Assembly: GCA_002269645.1 (NCBI GenBank)
Contig: NIVC01002401.1
Coordinates: 1-57,082 of the forward strand
Source of the DNA: Macrostomum lignano
Taxonomy: Eukaryota
DNA length: 57,082 nucleotides
Reading direction: 5' to 3'
How positions within the stretch are numbered: position 1 is the first letter of the stretch; each line of letters opens with the position of its first letter. A program made the position numbers and the translations under genes. This document shows, piece after piece, positions 42,150 to 53,215 of the stretch. The notes beneath the pieces were generated by a model. That model had not been told where the DNA came from. It was given only the letters and a program-made list of their open reading frames with translations, and made no database searches.

Positions 42150-43430
42150 CTAAATGCAATGGCAATCGATACATCCATGTTTATTAATTGGTCAATATAC
42201 TTTCTTAATTTCTATATGCACAGTTTTTATAACATAGCATTACTTTAATTGTTGTAAAAACATACTATAATAATAGAAGACAATCATAAGGAGTGCATCA
42301 TTTTTGTCTAGGAAAGTGGGGTTTTGGCCTTAAATAGGCTCTACTTACTCTGAATTTAGAAACTCATTTTTATAGAAGTTTAATAAAATCTAATTAATAA
42401 TAACAATTATGTAAGAAGTGATGCTAATTAAAATTCAAGTAAACATTTTCCTTACATAAGTCTTGTTTAATCTAAGTAATAGACAATAATACATTTTTGA
42501 GAAATAAAAATATTAACAAAGGATCATAGATTATAGATTCATATCATTTTAAAATGTATTGCTTAGTTTAGAATATATTCATGGTATAGGCCTATTAGAT
42601 ACTGAGCCACAGGAAAATTATACCAAACTATACCCCATATTTTGATATATAATCAGCCAACCTGAAAAACCACTAGTCTAGTACATATTTGCCCTTTTTG
42701 TGATTATGCCTATAGATAGTATATATTTAAGTCAAGATATTTAATGCCTTTAAGCACTTGCATGAAGATTTGAAAATGGGTCAATATACTTCTAATGGTG
42801 CAAGTTCAAAGAAAATCAGTTAGGCCATTTTTTCTCTAATTGATCATACCTACCAACAGACCATTTTAGTATATGGAAATACTTTTAAACACTTGCATAA
42901 AGATTTGAAAATAGGTCAATTTGAATATAATAAGATACCTACTTGATTACAAGCTAGATTGTTTTTTGTTAGAGTAGCCATATGGATTAAAATTATAATT
43001 TTATAAATATATTGAAACAATAAAAATTGATTGCTACCTATGGCCTATGCTTTTAAATTTTTATAATTTGAAAGTTTTTTATTCTCAAAATTTTTTTTCG
43101 TGGAGGCGTCAAATTTATACTCAAACTAAAGTACAGGTTTAGTTGTTGCCAAAAACAATTCTTTTTATTCTAAAATCCAGAATACATTATGTTTGAAGTG
43201 CAAAACTTAAACTAAGGTCCCATCATAGAATTTTCAAATTTATTATTAAGTAAGGTATTGCAAACAGAGCTGATTTTAAATGAAGTTGCACTGCAACTGC
43301 GTAGCTTTAATTTAGAGGACCTATAAATTTAACTAGCCAGCAACTACATATTTGATACTCTTGATTAGGTATTGATTAGGTAATTAGCCTTAGATCTGGC
43401 ATTTATTCGACTAAGTCACTAAGCCTAAGC
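42150..43430. other. AT-rich, CpG-poor block
   Basis: No ORF of 60 aa or more; decayed direct repeats at 42751-42785 and 42886-42920. Confidence 0.55.
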
Positions 43431-43792
43431 CAATGATCTTAGCCACATTTGAGCACATGCGATTGCGATGTACCATAACAAGATATAGCAGAGCCAGAGA
43501 CAAGAATACAAGGCCTCTGTCTATGGCTGCTGAAGGGTCGCTCGTCCTTGACTTGCTCCAACTCGCTCGCTTGCTTGCTGTACAAACTGATTATTAACAG
43601 AATCGGTTTCATAGAAAGCATTCAATTTAAAAAGCAGACTGTTTATTCAAACAAATGCTTATCAAATTTAGATTACATCACATGTAAGCTTATTCATAGC
43701 ATGAATGGAAAAAGCATGAAAATAAGTTTGATGTTGGCTTTAACCGACTTGTACGATTTCATATCAGCTTGAAGCAACCACATGCTGTCAAG

Positions 43793-44161
43793 TAGGCTTT
43801 TCATATTACCGATTCCAGAACAAGGACCACTGTATATATGGCCCTTGTTCCAGAACCAAAATCGGTTCGAAGCTTTTCAAATTGTCCGTTCCGTTTTCAG
43901 AATCGGTTCCAGAACCGTGATCCGATTCTGGAATTCCGCGGTTCGAGAAATTTTCTCGATGGCCGTTGTCGCATATTCTATGAAACAAAAAAACAAATTT
44001 GAAATAAAATTTCGCGATTTTAGATAAAATTGTTTTTATCTTTCATTTTTAGTATATAGGAAATTGAATAGAAAATTTTGACGCTTTTCATTTTTCCTAC
44101 CAATTCTGATTCTGGAATCGGAACTATTCTGGTTCTGGAACCGATCTTCGTGAAAAGCCTA
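43793..44161. mobile_element. Putative hAT-like MITE
   Basis: 11 bp TIR TAGGCTTTTCA/TGAAAAGCCTA with subterminal GGTTCCAGAACC/GATTCCAGAA motifs in both orientations; no target duplication found. Confidence 0.55.
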
Positions 44162-45364
44162 AAGGTTCACAATTGTTAAAGGCGTCAGAGGTTTCAGATC
44201 TCTCACACCTCTCAGGCTATGGAAAACTTAAGTAACTGCATGTGTACTGTATTTAAGACCTTACAGTTTAAAGTTTATAAACTTCTGCATGTTTCATGTA
44301 CATTTAATTAAATACCAAAGAAGTACATGTAAGACACGTATAATATAACTCTAACTGCATGCAAGTATACTCGTACGTATATACAGATTAAATTCGTCCT
44401 AATGTCTCGTCATTGTGGAGCATGGCGGCCGGAGAGAGCAACTGACGTGTACAATGTAGTTATAAAGAATGCTCTAGAGAGGAAACAGACTACAAGACCT
44501 CATGCACGGAACAAGCGCATGCAGTTTACTGAAGGTCCTTAAGTCCCGCGAAAGGCGAACGCGGCAGGTCCTTATAAAACGTTATAAGACCAGACCGCCC
44601 TGCCTCTATGCACAATACATGTTCATATGCATCAGGAACAATTAACGGAGCTTACTTAACTTGTCCGTGGTACACATGCAGAGGAAACGTATCAGAGAAA
44701 ACGATACACATTAACTATCATGTAATTATTACATATAACTGTTATGTGCTTGTACTCGAACTTACTTTTTTACGAACAAACGATGGCCTATGGCAGCTGA
44801 ATTCGACGGCAGTATGGCGATCAGTTACGCTAGTACGGTGAGACTATTGTCATTTATTTATTCTAATATCTCAAACAGGCTTGTCGAATATTTTCTTAAG
44901 CAGCAATACAAGTATTACGAATTAACAGTCTTTGAGTGAGCAGAATCGAATTACGCATTATTCGATGCATCTGTTTTAGATGTCTATCGTCAGCACTACA
45001 CTGCACTAGAAGGCTGCCTCTCTGAGTCGGCTCATGTACTCTTGCGACCACTGCATCAGCAGCTGCTCAGCGTAGTCCAGGCTCTTTTTAATGAGCTTGA
45101 GCACAGGCTTTATCTCCGCATCGGAATAGAGCACCTCTCGCATCTCCGGTGGCAGTTCCTGGGGGCAAAAAGTGATTTTTTTCGTATAATTTATGAGAGC
45201 AAAATCGTTCGCATGGTGCTTGTCGGAGGTAATTAGTATCGAGGTAATTACGAGGTTATCACCGAAAAACGTCTCGAGAAAGGAAACTTCAAGCAGCTCG
45301 AATCACAAGCGTTAGTGGAGCCTAATTGCGAAAGCATCTGCCAGATAAGGACAAAACGCATGAA

Positions 45365-48300
45365 TTAAGTCAGGTGGGAGTGGGGTGGACTCACGGGCAG
45401 TGGAGCTTTGCTCATGTTGCCGCCCCGGTCAATGGTGCTGAGCTGGCCGACCAGCCGCCGGTAGATGTACATGAGGATGCTGGCGACCAGGCGGGTGTTT
45501 CGCTCCGCCTTTGGTGAGGTTTCATCCACCATGCCGTAGTGCTCCGTCTTCAGGTACAGCTGCGGGAGTGGGTGGCCAGGGGTTAAGCACCTTGACTTGC
45601 TGATCACACACACTACTGACATAACATTATGTAGCCTGCGTCAAACTTATTAGCTAATAAGCTCTGATCAGAGAAAGCGGTGTGCTCACAGTCTCCACGA
45701 GAGCCCGCGTGAGGAACATGCCGATGATGAGCATCTGGCCGTCAGCGTCTGAAATTTTGGACGTCCGGCCATCTTCGTCGAAGTCGAGCATTTTCTGTGG
45801 AGGGCATTGAAGCGTGTTGTGAAACAGCAGGTGCGTGAATTCCCACTTCTGCTATGCAAGCTACCCTCGATATCAAGACTTACCCTTTCCATGTCGTAGA
45901 AGTACCCCCTTGGATACAGATTGCCCGTGCGCATCATCTCGAAGATGCCGGACTTCCGGTGGGTGCCAAGAATACCGCTGGATGGCTGCGGATGTGTATA
46001 CATTACGTATTTATTACAGAAATACAAATATTGCGGCGAGTTCAATGTTTGCTTTCAGAATGAATGCGGCACTCAATATTAGTGTGAAGTGTGCGTACAA
46101 GCTAAGGCCAATAAAACTTATAAAAAGGAAAGTTGACAGGATTGCTGTAAATTAATCATAAATATAACGATTTGAGAAAAGCGCCTTTTCTCCATAAGTT
46201 CTAAAATATTTAAGTTCTGTATGCCCTTCTGTATGCGTACCTTACCTACCAGCCCCCTGTTTGCGTTGAAGCTCTGCACCTTCCCCGGATCATGTCTGCA
46301 TTCGCTGCCCAGGATCATGTCTGCGTTCCCTGCCCCGGATCATGTCTGCGTTCCCTCCCTGTTCCCTGCCCAGGATCATGTCTGCGTTCCCTGCCCCGGA
46401 TCATGTCTGCGTTCCCTGCCCCGGATCATGTCTGCGTTCCCTGCCCCGGATCATGTCTGCATTCGCTGCCCAGGATCATGTCTGCGTTCCCTGCCCAGGA
46501 TCATGTCTGCGTTCCCTGCCCCGGCTCTTGTCTGCGTTCCCTGCCCAGGATCATGTCTGCGTTCCCTGCCCCGGCTCTTGTCTGCGTTCCCTGCCCCGGA
46601 TCATGTCTGCGTTCCCTGCCCCGGCTCTTGTCTGCGTTCCCTGCCCAGGATCATGTCTGCGATCCCTGCCCCGGCTCTTGTCTGCGATCCCTGCCCCGGA
46701 TCATGTCTGGTTAGGAGGCACCAGTCACTTGAACATGGATCGATATTTAATAATTCAAACTAACTGTACGAAATAGATCGACTCAAGTTGAACACTATCA
46801 ACCGGGCGAGCGAAAACTGGTCGGTTAGCACCGAAGCAGCGCAAAGCTGTAAGGACCGCGCAAGTGCGTCTTTGTCCTTGAGTTTCTTTGGGTCTAAATT
46901 AAGAATTCTGTCGCCAGGGCCTCCGCGGTTGCTGACTGTCAACTCCATCTGACAGTGAGACTGTTGGGTTGCCAGGCAGTGGGAAGCCGGTTGATCCGTC
47001 TCGGGATACAACAGGGTGAGAATGGGCATAGAGTCTGAGCACATGGGGATGCGAGCACAATGGCTTGTGTTTTAAAGTTGCTTAAGTGCCCACGCCTGCG
47101 ACTCCCTGTCTAGCCCTTCGAAGAAATTTATCTATCCTTTTACGTAGCCAGAAAGAGAGGCCTCGGGGAGCGAGGAATTCAAGTGCAGGGGTAGAACCGT
47201 ACCATTATGTCTGTGATCTGGAAGACCGTATTCTCGATGCAGTAGGACAGCTCCGTGGTGAGCGAGCGCTCGTCCTCGATGCTGAGCGTCTTTGGCGAGT
47301 TGAGCAGCTCGGTGAGCTCAGCAGCCTCGGCGCCCATGACGGTGGAGATGGTGATGTTGTACAACTGGCCATCTGGAGCCTTGTAGATTCTGTGCAGCGT
47401 CTCCAGGATTTCCTTCAGCTTCAGGTCGAACAGAAAATCGTTCGTCGGCCGAAATTTGTTCTGCGGAGGAGAGGACGGAGAAATAAGCAAAAGACTGTCG
47501 TAGAAGCTGCACTTTTAGCCTCCAACCTGTAGGATCAGTTCAAATTTCACAATCCATCATCAGTTTGATCGCATTTGCTCACCTCTCTCGTCCACCTGTC
47601 GAGTGTTGCAACGAAGAATGCTGCGTAGGCGAGCCACCTCAGCTTCTGCTGGTTGTCTGTAGGGTTGAGAGTGATGGAGACGGCGGTGAGACACTGCTGT
47701 GCAAGTATGCCAATTCGCTAGCTTAACAAAAACCTACCATTTCCTGGAAACGGGTACGGCCCGCTGCTCTTTTTCACCGCTTTGGCTGAAATGGGAGCGA
47801 CGGAGCGGAAATGCTCGGCACGTTTTAACCAGCATCAGAAAACCAGATTGCTGTGGCTACTGACAAACTAGGAGCAGTTTGCACCTACCCTCTTCTGCCT
47901 TAGCAGCTGCCGCTGGAGTTCCAGGCTTAGACCGGTACTCAACTCTGCAAAGAGGCAGCAAATCAGTGTAGATTATAAAATTATAAACTTAAAACCAGTT
48001 TAGACTCACATCTGCTGCGGCTGCTGCTGCGGCGGCGGGTACGGCGGGAACATCGGCATGGGGATGTAGATCGGCATCGGCTGCGCCGGCTGCGGCGGGC
48101 TCGGAGCTGCTCTGTAGGAGGGAGAATCTCCCAGCGTCTGCTTCATCAGCATCTGGTTGAGTATCATATTGTGCACTTGCGAGTTCTGCATCATCATCAT
48201 CTCCATCATCTCCGAGAAGCGATCTGCGGTGGCGGAGGCGATGGCGGACAATATAAAATGGTAATCGAGAGGTCAGCGTGGCAAATTCCTGACAGCTCTT

Positions 48301-49192
48301 TGCCTGCGCTCGGACACGATTTAAAGAAGGCAGAGGCACAGGTGAAACAGGGGAAAGCTTGACGCCTGCACAGCTAATCAATAATTGCATGCAGAATAGA
48401 AACGCATAATTGATAAGCAAATCTGTACAGTTGAGATGTAAATTGATGAAGACCGTTGCAGCATCTTGAAAAATTGAAATTTTGACACCCGACAGGCTCA
48501 CCGCCGCGACGCTCCCGCGGACTCTGCGATCGCCGGGTCGCATGCCCGACGCTCGAATTTCTCGGCCTGTCGGCCAGCTTCTCGGCCAGCTGCCGCTCCC
48601 TCTCCATCTGGTTGCGCAGGTCGGTGTGGCGCAGTCTGGCCAGCTGGATCTCGGCATCCAGGTCGCCGATTTGGCCGCCGTCCGGGTCTCGGCCTGCCAC
48701 CTCGCGGTACTTATTTCTGGCGGCCTTCTGCTTCTCCGAGGCCAGCTTCTGGAAGAAGCGAATACAACTTTTAAGTGAAAGAATGGACGCCATCTCAAAT
48801 TATTCAGTTGTTTTGTTTCAAAGTGCACGAGGCGCTGCTGCTGACCCTGCAGCCCCCCCCAGCCAGTAGCAAGAACAGAAACGACTTATTAACACTTTTT
48901 CGACTGCCTACTGGCCATGCAGGGCTCCGGATTCGGTCAGCGGTGCGCCCTAGCGCTGAGGCACCCCTGTGATGGCAGTTCCCGTGTTAAGTCGCAATGA
49001 CAGAGTATTGTGTTACTTCTCCCGCTGTCTCCCACTGCCAGTCCGTACAAATATCTGTTTGATTCAGAGTCTAAAAGCGCCGCGAACCTCTTGCAGCATC
49101 TTCAGACGAGCCTCGGACATTCGCCGGTCGACGTCACGAGAGCCGCTGCTTCGACGACTATCGATGCTGTCCCCGCTGCGGGAGCTGGCCAT
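45365..49192 (-). CDS. DUF4587-type (C21orf58/CCDC17-like) coiled-coil protein, 10 exons, ~486 aa
   Basis: Exons 49192-49088, 48748-48502, 48223-48010, 47944-47889, 47785-47738, 47656-47583, 47460-47203, 45985-45884, 45851-45690 and 45559-45365 join in frame. EMMEMMMMQNSQVHNMILNQMLMK resembles the DUF4587 core. The family call is less certain than the gene model. Confidence 0.7.
46281..46710. repeat. 25 bp minisatellite (CCCCGGATCATGTCTGCGTTCCCTG), ~17 copies, intronic
   Basis: TCTGCGTTCC recurs at 46381, 46406 and 46431. Confidence 0.96.
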
Positions 49193-49408
49193 TGCACTGC
49201 TGCTGCGATCTCCGAATGGAGCAAATCAGCAAAGAAAAAGCTTTGCTCACTGTACAGTTGGTTGTAGGCTTTGAGGCAGACTGAGCTGCGTTGCAATTTT
49301 ATCCACCCAAAAGGCAGCTTGGGGTTGAGCGCAAAGTGCCCGCCCGAGTATGAAATGGCCGCCTTGTGCTCACAGTGCTCTCACTGTACAGGTGCGAGTG
49401 CAGGCCTC

Positions 49409-49416
49409 TATAAATA
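49409..49416 (+). promoter_or_regulatory. Candidate TATA box between two divergently oriented genes
   Basis: TATAAATA between the DUF4587 gene (minus) and the PHOSPHO-like gene (plus). Confidence 0.3.
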
Positions 49417-50076
49417 GCAGGCTTTCAGTAGTGATGGGTCTGTACGGCCACTATGGCAACCGGGGGCACTGAGAATGAGATGAGAGAGAAGAGGGCAGAA
49501 GATGCTACACAAAAGCTGAGAACTCGCACTGAGACGGCTGTATTGACTGTGCGAAGCGGTGCGTTAAGTGCCAAAGCCGTTGAGTCGTTGAGTCAATGTC
49601 AATTGTGCTTAATTTAAGTCCAGAGCCTTATTGTAATTAAAAACTTTTGAGCCAAAATTTTCTGCAGAATTTCTTCAGCTTTAGGCGATCGATGTGCGAA
49701 AAAAATGAGCAGCTGCTCAAGTGAATATTCTTAGAGTCACAAGTGCTCATCATGCGGTTACAAGTAAACTTTGAGTACATTCTTAGTGATAGGAGCACGT
49801 GCTCCGAAAATTTAGGTCGGACAAATACATGACATTCTGTTTTCTCGCAAAAAAAAATCTTGATGACTAAAGAGTTCTCGATGTTGCGAAATTTCGACCT
49901 TGTGAAATAGTTCGCTCTTCGACGTTGTGAAGATTCGAGCTGGCAAAGCACCCCCTAGTAGTCTATGGCCAGAGCCAGTCAAATATATAGCACCATTGCT
50001 TAGCGAATTCACCTCAGCTCATAGTTTACAACCGAGCGAAGCATTGCAAAATTGTTCAATAATCCAGTCAGCAGCC

Positions 50077-50930
50077 ATGGCGCACGCCGTCCTCAACAAG
50101 GACCCCTGGCGGTCGCCCCGTCTGGTGGTGTGGGACGTCAACGACACAATCGTGATGGGCAACATCGACGACGCTGTAGCGGGGCTGCTGCCCTCCGAAC
50201 GACGACACGCGCTGAACGCCTCGCAGAAGAACCTCGGCTGGAGCGGCCCAACCTACATGACTCACGTGATGTCCACGCTGCAGGAGTACCGCATCGGCCG
50301 CTGGGCCGTGGAGAGCCTCATCCGGTCGCTGCCGCTGCACCGCCTCATGGTTGACGCGGTGCGGGAGATGTACCGGAGCGCGTGGTCCAGGTGATCATCT
50401 CCAACACCAATGTGGCCTTTCTGCACACCTTTCTGGAGCACTACGGCCTTTTGGACCACTTCGCGGTGATCTTCGCTAATGAGGCCAACTGGAAGAGCTC
50501 CAGCTGCGACAGCTCATTAGAGGTGATTCCGATGCACCCCTGCAGTGAAAAGGAACTGTCAATCTGTCAGCAGTGCAACTATCAGCAAACCGGAATCTGC
50601 TGCCGCACCGCGTTGCGAAACATCCTGCAGTACCTCCACCTGCTGGAGGCCCGCATCGCCCTGGTGCAGACCAGCTGGGGCCTTTGCGCCTCGCACTGCC
50701 TCAAGCCGACCTCTGACCTCATCCTCAGCCGCGTGGGCAACCGGACGACTCGGCAGCGCGCCGACCCAGCCGCCGGTGCAGAACACGCCGGAGAGGCGGA
50801 CGCGACCATCGTGCCGCCCCAGGTGAAGTACCAGCACGGCGAGGACCTCATCAACATCCTGCGGCAGCCCGTCACCGAGGCTTCGCGAGCCAACACTGGT
50901 GAGTTGCAGGCAGCCTTGCGGGTAAAGTAG
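50077..50930 (+). pseudogene. PHOSPHO1/2-like HAD phosphatase homologue; intronless, one frameshift near 50381, degenerate catalytic motifs
   Basis: LVVWDVNDTI, SLPLHRLMVDAV, VIISNTNVAFLHTFLEHYGL..HFAVIFAN, HPC...CQQC...ICCRTAL; fold recognisable. ORFs 49927-50394 and 50382-50930 join with one extra base. Confidence 0.7.
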
Positions 50931-50967
50931 GGCTTGGATAGCTGAGCGAGCTCGCGGAGATGGCGAA

Positions 50968-51455
50968 GAGGGCTAGCAGCCAGTGAGACGTGATGGAAAT
51001 GATGGAGTGGAGGGCTAGCAGCCAGTGAGACATGCGATGGAGATGGTGGAGCTGAGGGCTAGCAGCCAGTGAGACATGTGATGGAGATGGTGGAGCTGAG
51101 GCCTAGCAGCCAGTGAGACGTGATGGAAATGGAGTGGAGGGCTAGCAGCCAGTGAGACGTGCTGGAAATGGAGTGGAGGGCTAGCAGCCAGTGAGACGTG
51201 ATGGAAATGGTGGAGTGGAGGGCTAGCAGCCAGTGAGACGTGATGGAAATGGTGGAGTAGAGGGCTAGCAGTCAGTGAGACGTGATGGAAATGGAGTGGA
51301 GGGCTAGCAGCCAGTGAGACGTGATGGAAATGGAGTGGAGGGCTAGCAGCCAGTGAGACGTGATGGAAATGGTGGAGCTGAGGGCTAGCAGCCAGTGAGA
51401 CGTGATGGAAATGGTGGAGTAGAGGGCTAGCAGTCAGTGAGACATGTGATGGAGA
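50968..51455. repeat. 39-44 bp minisatellite (GAGGGCTAGCAGCCAGTGAGACGTGATGGAAATG(GTG)GAGTG), ~12 copies
   Basis: Direct reading; starts about 40 nt after the PHOSPHO-like stop. Confidence 0.96.
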
Positions 51456-53215
51456 CGGCATGCTTCTAGCTGTTACAGAAATTGGTTCTCACTGTTGCAA
51501 CCCAGCAATGAGTGCTCCGACGCCGTCAAGTTGCCATGCAGCCCACAACCGAATCCCGCAGGCTTGCTGCCCACAGAGCAGCGGGAACTGGAAAGCTTCC
51601 TGCAGAGCGCCACGCACTACTTTGACGATACTCGGATTTGCAACACAACGGATAAACGAATTTGCCGCAAGTATCCCCACTGAGTGCTGGGACAGCCATT
51701 TCGTAATGCTAATCTGTAATGTCTTTTATTAAATAAAATTATTAATGTGTTCCTAAGACGTTTTGATACATTCTTGATCCTTTTTTCGAAATTTCAAATC
51801 GTAGGTCTCGCATGTAATGCTGCTTATTAAATTCACCAAGACATGCAGTTTATGGTTGCTTGATCAGCCTATATTTCTTAATCAAATATTTAAGCAGGAA
51901 TTTTCCTATGACCTGTGTCGTGATCTCAATAAAATTCTCGAACTCTGTTGCGGTCCAGTTTAGTAGCAGCAGAATTAGTTTAGAAACCCCTACTAGAAGA
52001 GACGGGTCCTTCTCCAAGTACCTGCTCAAACCATTAGTTGGTTATCTGATGTACTTTTTTTAAATCTCGCAATGCAACTATATTCAGACTACTGCCAGTA
52101 GAAACTGTCGCTTATATAACCTCTACGCACAGATACTAGAATTACTAAATAGGCCACTCAGCACATTTGCGTGTAAGCTACTTTCGGTTCAGTAGCAAGT
52201 TAAACAGATGCATTTTTATGTATTTTTCAAGCCAAGGCTCATTTATTGCCTCTTACCCTCAGCTGAAACCCCCTCCAACCGCGCCTTTCTACCCTACCCC
52301 CCCCCCGCGCACCCCAATTTTTATTGCCCTTATCGGAATTCCAGGCTAAAGCGGACATGTACATTTCAGTGGACTGGCTAATGTACATTACTTCTGAACC
52401 AATTAGAGCAAGTTGTTTACGCCTGCAAGCTTGGACAATTTATCAAAGTCATTTCAGCTGCCTTTATTTTTATAAAATAGCTTATGTATTCTTCTTTGCT
52501 ACTGAGCTGAAAGTAACAAGCTGTTTTACTAAGTATATGTGCCTGAGTGGCTCATCTAGTTATTCTAGTATCTGTGACTCTACGCTTGGATTGAATAAAA
52601 GTAGCGAGAATGGCGGGACAAAAATAGCAATTAATCGGACTGGCTGCAACGGCAACCCACCGAGGACAAGAGGGACGCTCAGTTTAGGGAGCGCAGTTTA
52701 TTCAGTTCAACATCCAGTTGAAAACGGACTCGGTCATTGGGCTTCTGCAGCCTGAATGACTGCGGTGAGGCTGCAGCTCAGTCGGACTAAAAACACATTA
52801 ATCAGAGCTAAAAACAGTGAAGCATGCAGACGCGGTGGCAGGTTTCAGCTCAAGTTGCCATAGAAACCAAGCGAGCCAACGGGAGAGATGGGGTCGAATC
52901 CATGAAGTCGGGCAATGCAGGAGCAGATATTAATATAAAGGCCAGCAAGTAAACGCAGCAGGAATTACACGCTATAAAAATAAGTCAGACGCGCATGACG
53001 CGACTGCAGCGAATGGCCGAACTGCATCCGCAACTGCAGAGTACACGGGGGATGGTCATAAAAATACAGTGCTAAATTGTAATTCTCCCAGGTACAAAAA
53101 AGGTCAATGCAGTTAGTTTTTAACTATGTACACAGCAACTATGAACACGCGTATAGCCTGACAAAACAAACTGATAGCGAGTAATTAGTCTGTAGCACTG
53201 GCGATGCTGGCTGCC

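Noticed and set aside
46760-47044. 94 aa minus-strand ORF as an extra exon of the DUF4587 gene
   Set aside because: The flanking exons 47203 and 45985 already join in phase 0 with continuous sequence, and the ORF has no clear splice sites.
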